Source: an uncultured Actinomycetes bacterium (GTDB taxonomy: Bacteria; Actinomycetota; UBA4738; HRBIN12). From it: DNA of 64,000 nt. A program made the position numbers and the translations under genes. Below the pieces are notes generated by a model. That model saw only the letters and a list, made by a program, of their open reading frames with translations, did no database searches and was not told where the DNA came from. The stretch covers positions 2,316,173-2,380,172 of the forward strand of contig CAVQPR010000001.1 of assembly GCA_963714865.1 (NCBI GenBank). Reading direction: 5' to 3'. Below are positions 28,878-36,348 of the stretch, piece after piece; the first letter of the stretch is position 1; every line of letters starts with the position of its first letter.

Positions 28878-30471
28878 CGACCCAAAGGACGCCCCGATCC
28901 TCGTCGGGCATGAGAGATAGGACAGCCCCGCCGGCCCGATAGAGCAGTTCGCTCTGATCCGTCACTGGATCCACCCGGTAGACCTCGCCGCCCGTATCGC
29001 CGACCCAGAGGGCGTCCAATCCGACGGCAAGCGCGCTGGGATCCGAGCCCACCTGTGCGGTGAGCGAGGAGCCCAACTCGAACAGCGTTCCACTCGACCG
29101 ACTGAGCACCCACAGCTCGCCATCGAGTAGCGCGATGGCGTCGACCCCATTCGTGATGACCTGGGGTTCATCCGGTCTCATCGTGCGCGGATCGACCCTC
29201 GTCACGGTGCCGGCGAACGAGTCGAAGGTCCACACCGAGTCCCCGTCGGCCACCACTCCGTCGGTCTGGGTGCCGTTGCCCTCCAGCGTTCGGATGTCCG
29301 TGGGATCCTCCGTGTTGATCCTCCACAGGGTGCCGTTGGCGTCCGCGAGCCAGACCCATCCACCGCCGACGGCGATGCCGTTCAACCAGAAGAACGTCGG
29401 TGTCCCGATCTTGAGTCGGGCGAACGGGGCGGCCTTGTCGTCGGTCGGGTCCACGGTATACAGATCCTTGACCGCGACCCACAGTCGATCGGCGCCGATA
29501 GCGATCGACTGTGGGTATCCGGTCTCCCCCCACGCCCCGTGTGTGATGGGTGGGTCACCCACCTCGTCGTGGTCGGGATCCACGTGGAGGATCACGCTGT
29601 CGCGGACGAGCCACACGCCACCCTTGCCGGCGACGCCCACCGAAGAAGCTGGGCTGTAGGAGAGAGACCGGGGCTGCAGATGGATCGGGATCACCTGGGT
29701 TGCGTCGCCGGTCTCCGGGTCGAGGCCCACCAGCGAGCTGGCGGGCGGACCGGTGGCGCCGGAGGGGGGTGTTGCGTCCGATCCCCGGTTGGTCATCACC
29801 GCCATCACGCCGGCGATCACCGCCAGCCCGACGACCCCTCCGACCAGGAGTGCCGATCGGCGGCTCCTTGTGGGCTCGGGGCCGCTCGACTCGTCCCGAC
29901 GGCGGCGCGCCAGGTCGGCGTCGGACTCGGGAGCCCCCACCGGCTCGCCGTCGAGCCCGGTGACCTCATATACATGGACCGCATCCTCGAGCCCCTTGAG
30001 GTGGTGCGCGCCGCGGTCGGCGAACGCGATACCGGCGCCCGGCATGATGTCCTTGACCGACGACGAGGTCAGCACCTGGCCGGCGCCCGCCTGGCCCATG
30101 ATGCGGGCCGCCGAGACCACCACGAGCCCTCCGGGTTTGCCGTCGACGTCTTCGACCTGGCCGAAGCTGACCCCGGCACGTATCTCGATCCCCAACGCCC
30201 GGACCTGGCCTTGGGTGGCGATCGCGCATCGCACTGCGTCGGCCGGGACCTCGAAGGTCGCGAAGAACCCATCGCCGGCCGTGTCGCGTTCACGCCCCCC
30301 GAACCGCTTGAGGTTGGCGCGCATGATCGAATGGTGTCGCGTGACCAGCACGCGCCAGCGCACATCCCCAAGCTCGGAGGCGATCTCGGTCGATCCGACG
30401 ATGTCGGTGAACAGCGCCGCGGCGAGTCGTCGGTCGCCGCCGCGTCGTCCCATCGGCGGAGTGTGCGTCAC
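28855..30471 (-). CDS. Class III adenylate/guanylate cyclase with TM helix and C-terminal extracytoplasmic beta-propeller-like domain
   Basis: AALFTDIVGSTEIA...RDTAGDGFFATF...IRAGVSFGQV cyclase core. Then TM ALLVGGVVGLAVIAGVMAVMT and repeated WV...G(T)L.R(I/V)DP blades. Confidence 0.8.
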   Translation of the reverse strand: MTHTPPMGRRGGDRRLAAALFTDIVGSTEIASELGDVRWRVLVTRHHSIMRANLKRFGGRERDTAGDGFFATFEVPADAVRCAIATQGQVRALGIEIRAGVSFGQVEDVDGKPGGLVVVSAARIMGQAGAGQVLTSSSVKDIMPGAGIAFADRGAHHLKGLEDAVHVYEVTGLDGEPVGAPESDADLARRRRDESSGPEPTRSRRSALLVGGVVGLAVIAGVMAVMTNRGSDATPPSGATGPPASSLVGLDPETGDATQVIPIHLQPRSLSYSPASSVGVAGKGGVWLVRDSVILHVDPDHDEVGDPPITHGAWGETGYPQSIAIGADRLWVAVKDLYTVDPTDDKAAPFARLKIGTPTFFWLNGIAVGGGWVWLADANGTLWRINTEDPTDIRTLEGNGTQTDGVVADGDSVWTFDSFAGTVTRVDPRTMRPDEPQVITNGVDAIALLDGELWVLSRSSGTLFELGSSLTAQVGSDPSALAVGLDALWVGDTGGEVYRVDPVTDQSELLYRAGGAVLSLMPDEDRGVLWVDVGSPED

Positions 30472-30507
30472 GGTGGGGCTCTGAGCAAGGGGATGTCAGC
30501 GTGTCGT

Positions 30508-31227
30508 TCAGCCGATGCCACCGCGGCGCGCCAGCGCCTCGCGGTTCGTGATGGACACCGTCCGTCCGTCGAGCTCGATGAATCCCCGTCCCTGGAGCGC
30601 GTGCAAGATCTGGTTCACGCTCTGGCGCGAGCCGCCCACCATCGATGCGAGGTCTCCCTGCGTCAGGCCGAGGTCGAGTTCGATCCCGTCGGCGGACTCA
30701 ACTCCGCGCTCGTCGGCCAGCTCGATCAACAGCTTGGCGACTCGCCCCTCCAGGTCCAAGAAGACGAGGTCGGCCGCGTGACTCGTCGTCCGCCGCAAGA
30801 GCCGGCCGCCCGAGCGCAGGAGGGAGTCCGCAACCGCGGGGGAGTGCGAGACGAGCTCGATGAAGTCGCTCCTGGGGATCGCGAGCGCCGTGACGTCCTC
30901 CAACGCCTCGACGCACGCGGACCGGGGCCCCCCGTCCAGCATCGACACCTCGCCGACGGTGTCGGGGGGGCGCAGGGTGGCAAGCACCATCTCTTGGCCC
31001 GCTCCCGATGAAACGAACACCTTCACGGTCCCTGATGCGAGTACGTAGAACGCGTCTCCGGCGTCTCCCTCGAAGAAGAGCGTCGAGCCGGTCCGGTAGG
31101 TGCGCACCTGTGTTCGTTCGGCCACCGCCTCGAGGGCGGGCCGATCGAGTGTCGAGAACAACTCTGCCGATGCCAGCGTCTCGAGCACACGCGTTCGCTC
31201 CACCGGCGCAGTGTATCCGCGTCTCAC
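30508..31227 (-). CDS. Crp/Fnr-family cNMP-binding transcriptional regulator
   Basis: cNMP domain (FFEGDAGDAFYVLASGTVKV...VGEVSMLDGGPRSA) and C-terminal HTH (LTQGDLASMVGGSRQSVNQILHAL). Confidence 0.85.
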   Translation of the reverse strand: MRRGYTAPVERTRVLETLASAELFSTLDRPALEAVAERTQVRTYRTGSTLFFEGDAGDAFYVLASGTVKVFVSSGAGQEMVLATLRPPDTVGEVSMLDGGPRSACVEALEDVTALAIPRSDFIELVSHSPAVADSLLRSGGRLLRRTTSHAADLVFLDLEGRVAKLLIELADERGVESADGIELDLGLTQGDLASMVGGSRQSVNQILHALQGRGFIELDGRTVSITNREALARRGGIG

Positions 31228-31240
31228 CCTCCGACGCGAT

Positions 31241-32074
31241 TCAGGCCGAGGAGCCGGGAGCCGCGGAGCCGACGTTTCGGGCCAGCGCCATCAGCACCGT
31301 CTTGGCTTGGAAGGCCGTGAGCTCGGGGTGCTTGGCCAGGATCAGGGTCAGGATGCCGGCGATGTGCGGGGCGGCGAACGAGTTCCCGGTCGCCACGATG
31401 GTTCCTCCCTCGAGCCAGGGCACCTCGATATCGATGCCGGGCGCTCCCCACTCGGCCGGGGGCGACGGATTGAAGTCGAAGGCGAAGGGGTCGTCGACGT
31501 CCTCGTGGGATGCGACCGAGAACACCGACGAGTACGTCGCGGGGAAGCTCGGCCCCGGCATGTTGTTGATGGCGCACACGAGCATCGATCGGCGAAAGGC
31601 GGCCTCGTCGGCCAACCGGTGGAAGACCGAGTAGTAGTCGCGCTTGCCGGTGGACAGCGAGAGGTTGATCACCCGCATGTCGTTGCGGATCGCCCACTCG
31701 AGCCCCGCCGCGAACACGAACCCCTTGCCGGTGAGCCTGGATCCGAGCACCCGCACGCTGTGGATGCTGCAATCGGGAGCCAGCCTGCGGATGATCCCGG
31801 CGCACGCGGTCCCGTGGCCGTACAGATCCTCGTGTTCGCCTTCGATGTACCGCACGCCGCTCGGAGCGTCGGGGTCGTACTCGAGGGCGATCCCGCCGTC
31901 AACGCCGCCGACCCACGGGTGATCCGCATCGATCCCGGAATCGAGCACGGCGACCTTCACGCTGGCACCCGTACTGTCGCCCCACGCCCACTCGGGCGTG
32001 ATGGCATGCGGGAGATCGATGTCGACGTGCTCGAGGGCACCCGGTTGGAAGGCCCACGACCATGCCGGACGCAC
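31241..32074 (-). CDS. S8 (subtilisin-family) serine peptidase, minimal catalytic domain without signal peptide or propeptide
   Basis: Catalytic triad motifs VAVLDSGID (Asp), HGTACAG (His) and GNSFAAPHIAG (Ser). The N-terminus is not hydrophobic. Confidence 0.85.
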   Translation of the reverse strand: MRPAWSWAFQPGALEHVDIDLPHAITPEWAWGDSTGASVKVAVLDSGIDADHPWVGGVDGGIALEYDPDAPSGVRYIEGEHEDLYGHGTACAGIIRRLAPDCSIHSVRVLGSRLTGKGFVFAAGLEWAIRNDMRVINLSLSTGKRDYYSVFHRLADEAAFRRSMLVCAINNMPGPSFPATYSSVFSVASHEDVDDPFAFDFNPSPPAEWGAPGIDIEVPWLEGGTIVATGNSFAAPHIAGILTLILAKHPELTAFQAKTVLMALARNVGSAAPGSSA

Positions 32075-32076
32075 GG

Positions 32077-32817
32077 CTAGCCCCGCTTCCCCTGCGCGTA
32101 GCGGAGCAAGGCGACGAGCAGCTCGGTGGCCGCCGCCCGTTCGCTCGGTCCGAGACGTCCGATCTCGTAGAAGAGGTCGAGGAGCTCGGCCAGGTTCTTC
32201 GATGTACCGCGCGACGTTCGAGCGATCTCCTCGAGGGCCGACTTGACGTCGCCGTCGCCCGCGGCCTCCGCTGCGGCTCGAAACATCACGCGTCCCAGGT
32301 GACCGAACAGCTTCGTCGTCTCGATGGCGACTGCGGCCTGATGCGCGAGAGAGGCGACGAGTCGGGCGTGCTCATGCCCGTGCTCCAGCCCCTCCTCGGC
32401 ATCGAGGATCTCCATCACGCCCATGAGTCCTGCGTCGGTCTCCAGAGGGATCGCGAACACGGACCGAGGCGTGAAGCCGGTCTTGGCGGCCACGTCGGCG
32501 GCGAACCGGGGGTCGCTGGGAGCGTCGGTGATCGTGATCGACTGACCCGAGGCGATCGCCCAACCTGCGATCCCATGCCCGGCGTCCATCTCGATCCCGA
32601 CGACCTGCTCGCCGGCGGAGCCCGCAGCAGCCACGAACGTCAGCTTCTCGGTTCGCTCGTCAAACACCGCGAGCGAGGCGCCCGCCGCACCGGTGATGTC
32701 CACCGCCGTCTGCGTGATCCACTCGAGCAGGTCCTGGTATCCGGGTGGCTCGATCGCGGGGCCGATGTCGGCTGCGGCCTGGGCGATCTCCTCGAAGGGT
32801 CGGACATCGTCGGTCAT
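32077..32817 (-). CDS. GAF-domain protein with helical C-terminal extension
   Basis: GASLAVFDERTEKLTFVAAAG...HGIAGWAIASGQSITITDAPSDPRF...SVFAIPLETDAGLMGVMEILD. Only a 2-nt gap to the S8 gene. Confidence 0.75.
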   Translation of the reverse strand: MTDDVRPFEEIAQAAADIGPAIEPPGYQDLLEWITQTAVDITGAAGASLAVFDERTEKLTFVAAAGSAGEQVVGIEMDAGHGIAGWAIASGQSITITDAPSDPRFAADVAAKTGFTPRSVFAIPLETDAGLMGVMEILDAEEGLEHGHEHARLVASLAHQAAVAIETTKLFGHLGRVMFRAAAEAAGDGDVKSALEEIARTSRGTSKNLAELLDLFYEIGRLGPSERAAATELLVALLRYAQGKRG

Positions 32818-32978
32818 CGCCGGGTGATGCTACCGGTCTTTCGTTCTTCGAGTGAGGACTGTCGGCGATCTGACAGCCCTCGTGTCCGATACATGACAGC
32901 ATCCTCGAGTTGCGTGAACGAAGATGCCCGTAGCAGGATGAGCTCGAGAGGCGAGCTCCCACCCGGAAGGAGGGTCGC

Positions 32979-33308
32979 ATGTCGGACCAGGAGATGCGCG
33001 AGCAGGCCGAGGAAGACGTCGAGGGCCAGCGGCAGAGCAAGCGCCTCGACGAGAGCGACGACGTCGAGGGTCAGAAGCGGCATCACCTCGCCGAGACCGA
33101 GGACGACGTCGAGGGTCAGAAGCGGCATCACCTCGCCGAGACCGAGGACGACGTCGAGGGTCAGAAGCGGCATCACCTCGCCGAGACCGAGGACGACGTC
33201 GAGGGTCAGAAGCGGCATCACCTCGCCGAGACCGAGGACGACGTCGAGGGCCAGGTGCGGCGGCATCTCGCCGAGGACGACACCCAGGGACAGATCAGGT
33301 CCATCTGA
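32979..33308 (+). CDS. Acidic tandem-repeat peptide 1 (109 aa; 4 x DVEGQKRHHLAETED plus related flanking units)
   Basis: GGAAGGAGG lies 6 nt before the ATG. G/C-rich third codon positions in this frame. A GC hairpin follows the stop. N- and C-termini are shared with the paralogue. Confidence 0.65.
   Translation: MSDQEMREQAEEDVEGQRQSKRLDESDDVEGQKRHHLAETEDDVEGQKRHHLAETEDDVEGQKRHHLAETEDDVEGQKRHHLAETEDDVEGQVRRHLAEDDTQGQIRSI
33060..33239 (+). repeat. Four nucleotide-perfect 45-nt in-frame tandem units
   Basis: gacgtcgagggtcagaagcggcatcacctcgccgagaccgaggac starts at 33060, 33105, 33150 and 33195. Degenerate units flank the array. Confidence 0.95.
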
Positions 33309-33326
33309 CGACAGAGCGCGCGATGA

Positions 33327-33350
33327 GGGGGCCGCCTTCGGCGGCCTCTT
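33327..33350 (+). terminator. GC-rich hairpin after repeat-peptide gene 1
   Basis: GGCCGCC-ttcg-GGCGGCC at 33330-33347. No T-tract. Confidence 0.4.
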
Positions 33351-33483
33351 CGCGTCCCCGCGGTAGTCGGGAACCAGACACCGCAAATGTCGGCGAACCG
33401 ACAGCGCTCCGCGAGCGCGTCGACGAGCGTGGTATCTGCGGATGGACTCGAGACACGAGCTCCTACCCGGAAGGAGGATCGGG

Positions 33484-33684
33484 ATGTCGGACCAAGAGAT
33501 CCGAGAGCAGCCTGAGGACGACGCCGAAGGTCTGCGTCAGAGCAAGCGCCTCGACGAGGCCGACGACGCCGAAGGTCTGCGTCAGAGCAAGCGCCTCGAC
33601 GAGGCCGACGACGCCGAAGGTCTGCGTCAGAGCAAGCGCCTCGACGAGGCCGACGACACCCAGGGGCAGATCAGGTCCCACTGA
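33484..33684 (+). CDS. Acidic tandem-repeat peptide 2 (66 aa; 3 x DAEGLRQSKRLDEAD)
   Basis: GGAAGGAGG lies 7 nt before the ATG at 33484. This start was chosen by homology to gene 1; the longest ORF starts at 33442. Shares MSDQEIREQ...DDTQGQIRSH with the paralogue and is followed by a hairpin. Confidence 0.6.
   Translation: MSDQEIREQPEDDAEGLRQSKRLDEADDAEGLRQSKRLDEADDAEGLRQSKRLDEADDTQGQIRSH
33520..33654 (+). repeat. Three nucleotide-perfect 45-nt in-frame tandem units
   Basis: gacgccgaaggtctgcgtcagagcaagcgcctcgacgaggccgac starts at 33520, 33565 and 33610. Confidence 0.95.
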
Positions 33685-33704
33685 CCTCAGCGGGATGCGA
33701 TGAC

Positions 33705-33724
33705 GGGCCGCCCTCGGGCGGCCC
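33705..33724. terminator. GC hairpin between convergent genes (peptide 2 and MFS-cNMP)
   Basis: GGGCCGCCC/GGGCGGCCC arms. Sequence-similar to the hairpin after peptide gene 1. Confidence 0.4.
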
Positions 33725-33733
33725 TCTCGCTGT

Positions 33734-35410
33734 TCAGGAGTGGCCCAGTTCCTCGTAGGGATCCGAGACCGCCAGTCGGTTCGCCACGACCGACGTCAGG
33801 GTCGTCGATAGCCGAGGCCCCTCGTTCAGGATGCGGAGGAAGGCCTCCCCCGAGATCCGGTAAAGGACGACATCAGTGAGGACCACCACCGAGGCCGTCC
33901 TTGGCCGCCTCTCCAGCAGTCCGATCTCGCCGAAGTAGTCGCCCGGCTCGAGGGTAGCCAGAAGCTCGCCCTCCTTGCGAACCTCGAGGTTCCCCGACAC
34001 GACTCCGAACAGATCGTCCGCCTCGTCGTCTTCACGGATCACGACATCTCCCGGCACCAGGCGTTCCTCGACGAGGCTCGCTGCCAGTCCTTCGAGTTGC
34101 TGAGGCGTCGCACCCTCGAAGATCCCGAGTTGCTCGAGCAACGCGACGCGCGGGGAGAGCTCGAGCGCGCGGGCCGCTCCCGCGCGGTCCATCGAGCGCG
34201 CCGTCGGGAGCGTCACGAGGGTGACGACGAGCAGGACCCCCCCGGCGAAGGCCGTAGCGACCGAGAGGCCGAAGACCTCGATCATCACCGGTGCTATCAG
34301 CGAACCGATCACCATCCCGATCACCGACACGGCGCCCAGGATGCCGAACGCGCTGCCGACCCGCTCGTTCGGCACGACCCGTTGCAGCGTGGTGGTCGTG
34401 ATCACGTCCGCCACGATCACCGCCGCTCCCTCCACGACGAGGAGGGCGATGGCGAGCGTCGGGTCGTGGACCACCGACAACAGCGTGAGCGGCACGCCGC
34501 CGATCAGGACCGCGAGCGTCAGCGCCCGGGCCGTGTGCGAGCGGGCGGCGAGGCGCGCTGCCAGGCCCGTGACGACGATCCCGCCGATCCCCGGTGCAGC
34601 GAACAGCAGTCCGGTGGCGTCGATGCCGATCCCCAGGGAATCTGCGGCGATCGGGCCGTAGAGCACGACCTCCTGACCGAAGGTGAGTCCGAACGCGAAG
34701 CCCAATCCGATCAACAGGATCGCCTCGCTCGAGCCCCTGATCACCGCGATCCCGGCGTGGATCCGAGACAGAAGGCCCTGTTCGGCCTCGACGTCGCCGA
34801 CCTTGCCCGTCACGCCCATCCGCGCAACGAGGAGTGCAGATACGAGGAAGGTCATACCGTTCACGGCGATGGCGATCGGGGGCGGCCCCAGCAAGAGCAG
34901 CACCGCCGACAGCCCGGGACCGAAGGCGAGTGCGAAGTTGTCGATGGTGCCTGCGAGCGCATTGGCTGCAGCGAGGTCCTTCTCGGGCACGACCGAGGGC
35001 GTGAGCGCGGTAACCGCGGGGTAGTAGGGAGCTGTGAAGGTGTTGTTCACGAACGTGAGGGCGATGACGACGATCACGGCCGTCGTCGACGATGAGGTGG
35101 CGACCACGGCCATCACACACATCACGGCAGCTCGGGCCAGGTCTGCGGAGATCAGCACCTTCCTGCGGTCGAACCGATCTGCGATCGCCCCGCCGAGCGG
35201 CTCGAACAGGACATACGGCGCGAGACGCACGACCGCGGCCACGCCGACCCAGACGGGGGAGTCGGTGGCCTCCAAGATGTAGATGACCGTCGCGGCCGCG
35301 TAGAGCCAGTTCCCGGTCTCGGATACCGCCAGGCTCGCGAGCAGGAGCCGGTAGTCGCGATGCGAGAGCGCCGACCTGAATCGTCGCTCGCGCGCCCTGC
35401 CCAGCGTCAT
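33734..35410 (-). CDS. MFS transporter fused to a C-terminal cyclic-nucleotide-binding domain
   Basis: Twelve TM helices, then FEGATPQQLEGLAASLVEERLVPGDVVIREDDEADDLFGVVSGNLEV...GDYFGEIGLLERRPRTASV (cNMP fold). Confidence 0.8.
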   Translation of the reverse strand: MTLGRARERRFRSALSHRDYRLLLASLAVSETGNWLYAAATVIYILEATDSPVWVGVAAVVRLAPYVLFEPLGGAIADRFDRRKVLISADLARAAVMCVMAVVATSSSTTAVIVVIALTFVNNTFTAPYYPAVTALTPSVVPEKDLAAANALAGTIDNFALAFGPGLSAVLLLLGPPPIAIAVNGMTFLVSALLVARMGVTGKVGDVEAEQGLLSRIHAGIAVIRGSSEAILLIGLGFAFGLTFGQEVVLYGPIAADSLGIGIDATGLLFAAPGIGGIVVTGLAARLAARSHTARALTLAVLIGGVPLTLLSVVHDPTLAIALLVVEGAAVIVADVITTTTLQRVVPNERVGSAFGILGAVSVIGMVIGSLIAPVMIEVFGLSVATAFAGGVLLVVTLVTLPTARSMDRAGAARALELSPRVALLEQLGIFEGATPQQLEGLAASLVEERLVPGDVVIREDDEADDLFGVVSGNLEVRKEGELLATLEPGDYFGEIGLLERRPRTASVVVLTDVVLYRISGEAFLRILNEGPRLSTTLTSVVANRLAVSDPYEELGHS

Positions 35411-35721
35411 CCGTGCTTCCCGTAGAGGTCGCTCTTCGGATCGAAGAACCCGCCGGCGGGGCGGGCGTGCGCATGCCAGTGGTCGGGGATGCGTCGGCGC
35501 TCACCGTCCACGTAGAAGCCGCCGTCCCCGTAGCGTTCGGCCGCCACGCGCTCGAGGTGCAGTAGCAGGCGCGCCTCGTGCTCGGGGTTCGGCAACCCAT
35601 GGCTGCGCCACACGACCATGGGCGTGCGGCACACCACACACTCGGCCACCCAACAGTCGTCGTCCTCGTGCAGCCAGTCGGTGAGGCGTTCGGCCGTGCA
35701 CAAGAGACAGTCCCCGTTCAC
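35407..35721 (-). CDS. Small Cys/His-rich protein, diverged HIT-like
   Basis: CLLC...CVVC plus a histidine-triad-like DHWHAHARP. ATGA overlap with the MFS-cNMP start. Confidence 0.4.
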   Translation of the reverse strand: MNGDCLLCTAERLTDWLHEDDDCWVAECVVCRTPMVVWRSHGLPNPEHEARLLLHLERVAAERYGDGGFYVDGERRRIPDHWHAHARPAGGFFDPKSDLYGKHG

Positions 35722-35730
35722 GGGCCAACC

Positions 35731-36204
35731 CTAGGGCGTCGTGAACTCGGCCGTATCGCCGACGTCGATGCCGTTGGCGGCGAACCATCCGGCCGGCGCT
35801 TCGGCTGCTGCCGTGTATGGGGCCGGAGCGGCGTACGTCGGGCACGGATCGGCCTGGCAGGGAGTCATCTCGTGGATCGCGACGATCGTGCCGGCGCGAT
35901 CCCAGAAGGCGATCGACAACGGGATCAGCGTGTCCTTCATCCAGAACGAGCCGGTGGTGGGCTCAGGCCAAACGAAGACCATCCCCGAGTCCTCGCCGAG
36001 ACTCGTCCGACCCATGAGACCCCGCGCTCGTTCGCCATCATCGTCGGCGACCTCGACGCTCAGCGTCGCGCCGCTGTCGGGGAAGGACACGATGGCGTCG
36101 GCGTTGGCGGTCGGGGTAGTGGCCGCCTCGGGCGAGCCTCGGCCACAGGCAGACAGCGTTGCGAACGCGAACGCGGCCAGGACACGAGTGACTCGAGGAT
36201 CCAT
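35731..36204 (-). CDS. DUF192-family lipoprotein
   Basis: Lipobox ATLSACG. RARGLMGRTSL...GMVFVW...FWMKDTLIPLSIAFWD is typical of DUF192. Confidence 0.7.
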   Translation of the reverse strand: MDPRVTRVLAAFAFATLSACGRGSPEAATTPTANADAIVSFPDSGATLSVEVADDDGERARGLMGRTSLGEDSGMVFVWPEPTTGSFWMKDTLIPLSIAFWDRAGTIVAIHEMTPCQADPCPTYAAPAPYTAAAEAPAGWFAANGIDVGDTAEFTTP

Positions 36205-36268
36205 GCCGACATGGTGCCACGGCGGTCATCCGGGGCCGGGCCGGCCATTGCTATCATCCCGGCGGCTC

Positions 36269-36343
36269 GCCGGAGTAGCTCAGGGGTAGAGCAACGCCAT
36301 GGTAAGGCGTAGGTCCGGGGTTCAAATCCCCGCTCCGGCTCCA
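36269..36343 (+). tRNA. tRNA-Thr (anticodon GGT), CCA encoded
   Basis: Acceptor GCCGGAG/CTCCGGC, anticodon stem ACGCC/GGCGT with loop ATGGTAA, T-loop TTCAAAT. Confidence 0.9.
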
Positions 36344-36348
36344 GGACG

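Noticed and set aside
32852-32865. Crp-like site GTGAggactgTCGG in the divergent GAF/peptide intergenic region
   Set aside because: Only 6 of 8 core positions match TGTGA-N6-TCACA. That is too weak to call as a feature and is mentioned only as a lead.
33060-33654. Possible CRISPR array, because of regularly spaced perfect repeats
   Set aside because: The units are directly tandem with no spacers, are in frame inside ORFs, and no cas genes are present. The same applies to the 72-nt repeats at 17055-17262.
32814-33703. Alternative ORFs across the 45-nt repeats: minus strand 190 aa (LGEVMPLLTLDVV repeats) and plus strand 33323-33703 (TTPKVCVRASASTRP repeats)
   Set aside because: They have no RBS. 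They are not bounded by the conserved start, stop and hairpin architecture shared by the two MSDQE... genes. The plus-strand acidic frame has the expected G/C-rich third positions.
34032-35639. 535-aa minus-strand ORF overlapping the MFS-cNMP gene
   Set aside because: It is an alternate frame of the same strand. The 33734-35410 frame gives clean TM helices and a cNMP domain, while this one gives Arg/Gly/Pro-rich sequence.
2264-36268. Calling the tRNA-flanked 34-kb interval a mobile genomic island
   Set aside because: No integrase, transposase, conjugation genes or att-type direct repeat of a tRNA 3' end could be found by eye. It is kept only as a low-interest hypothesis.
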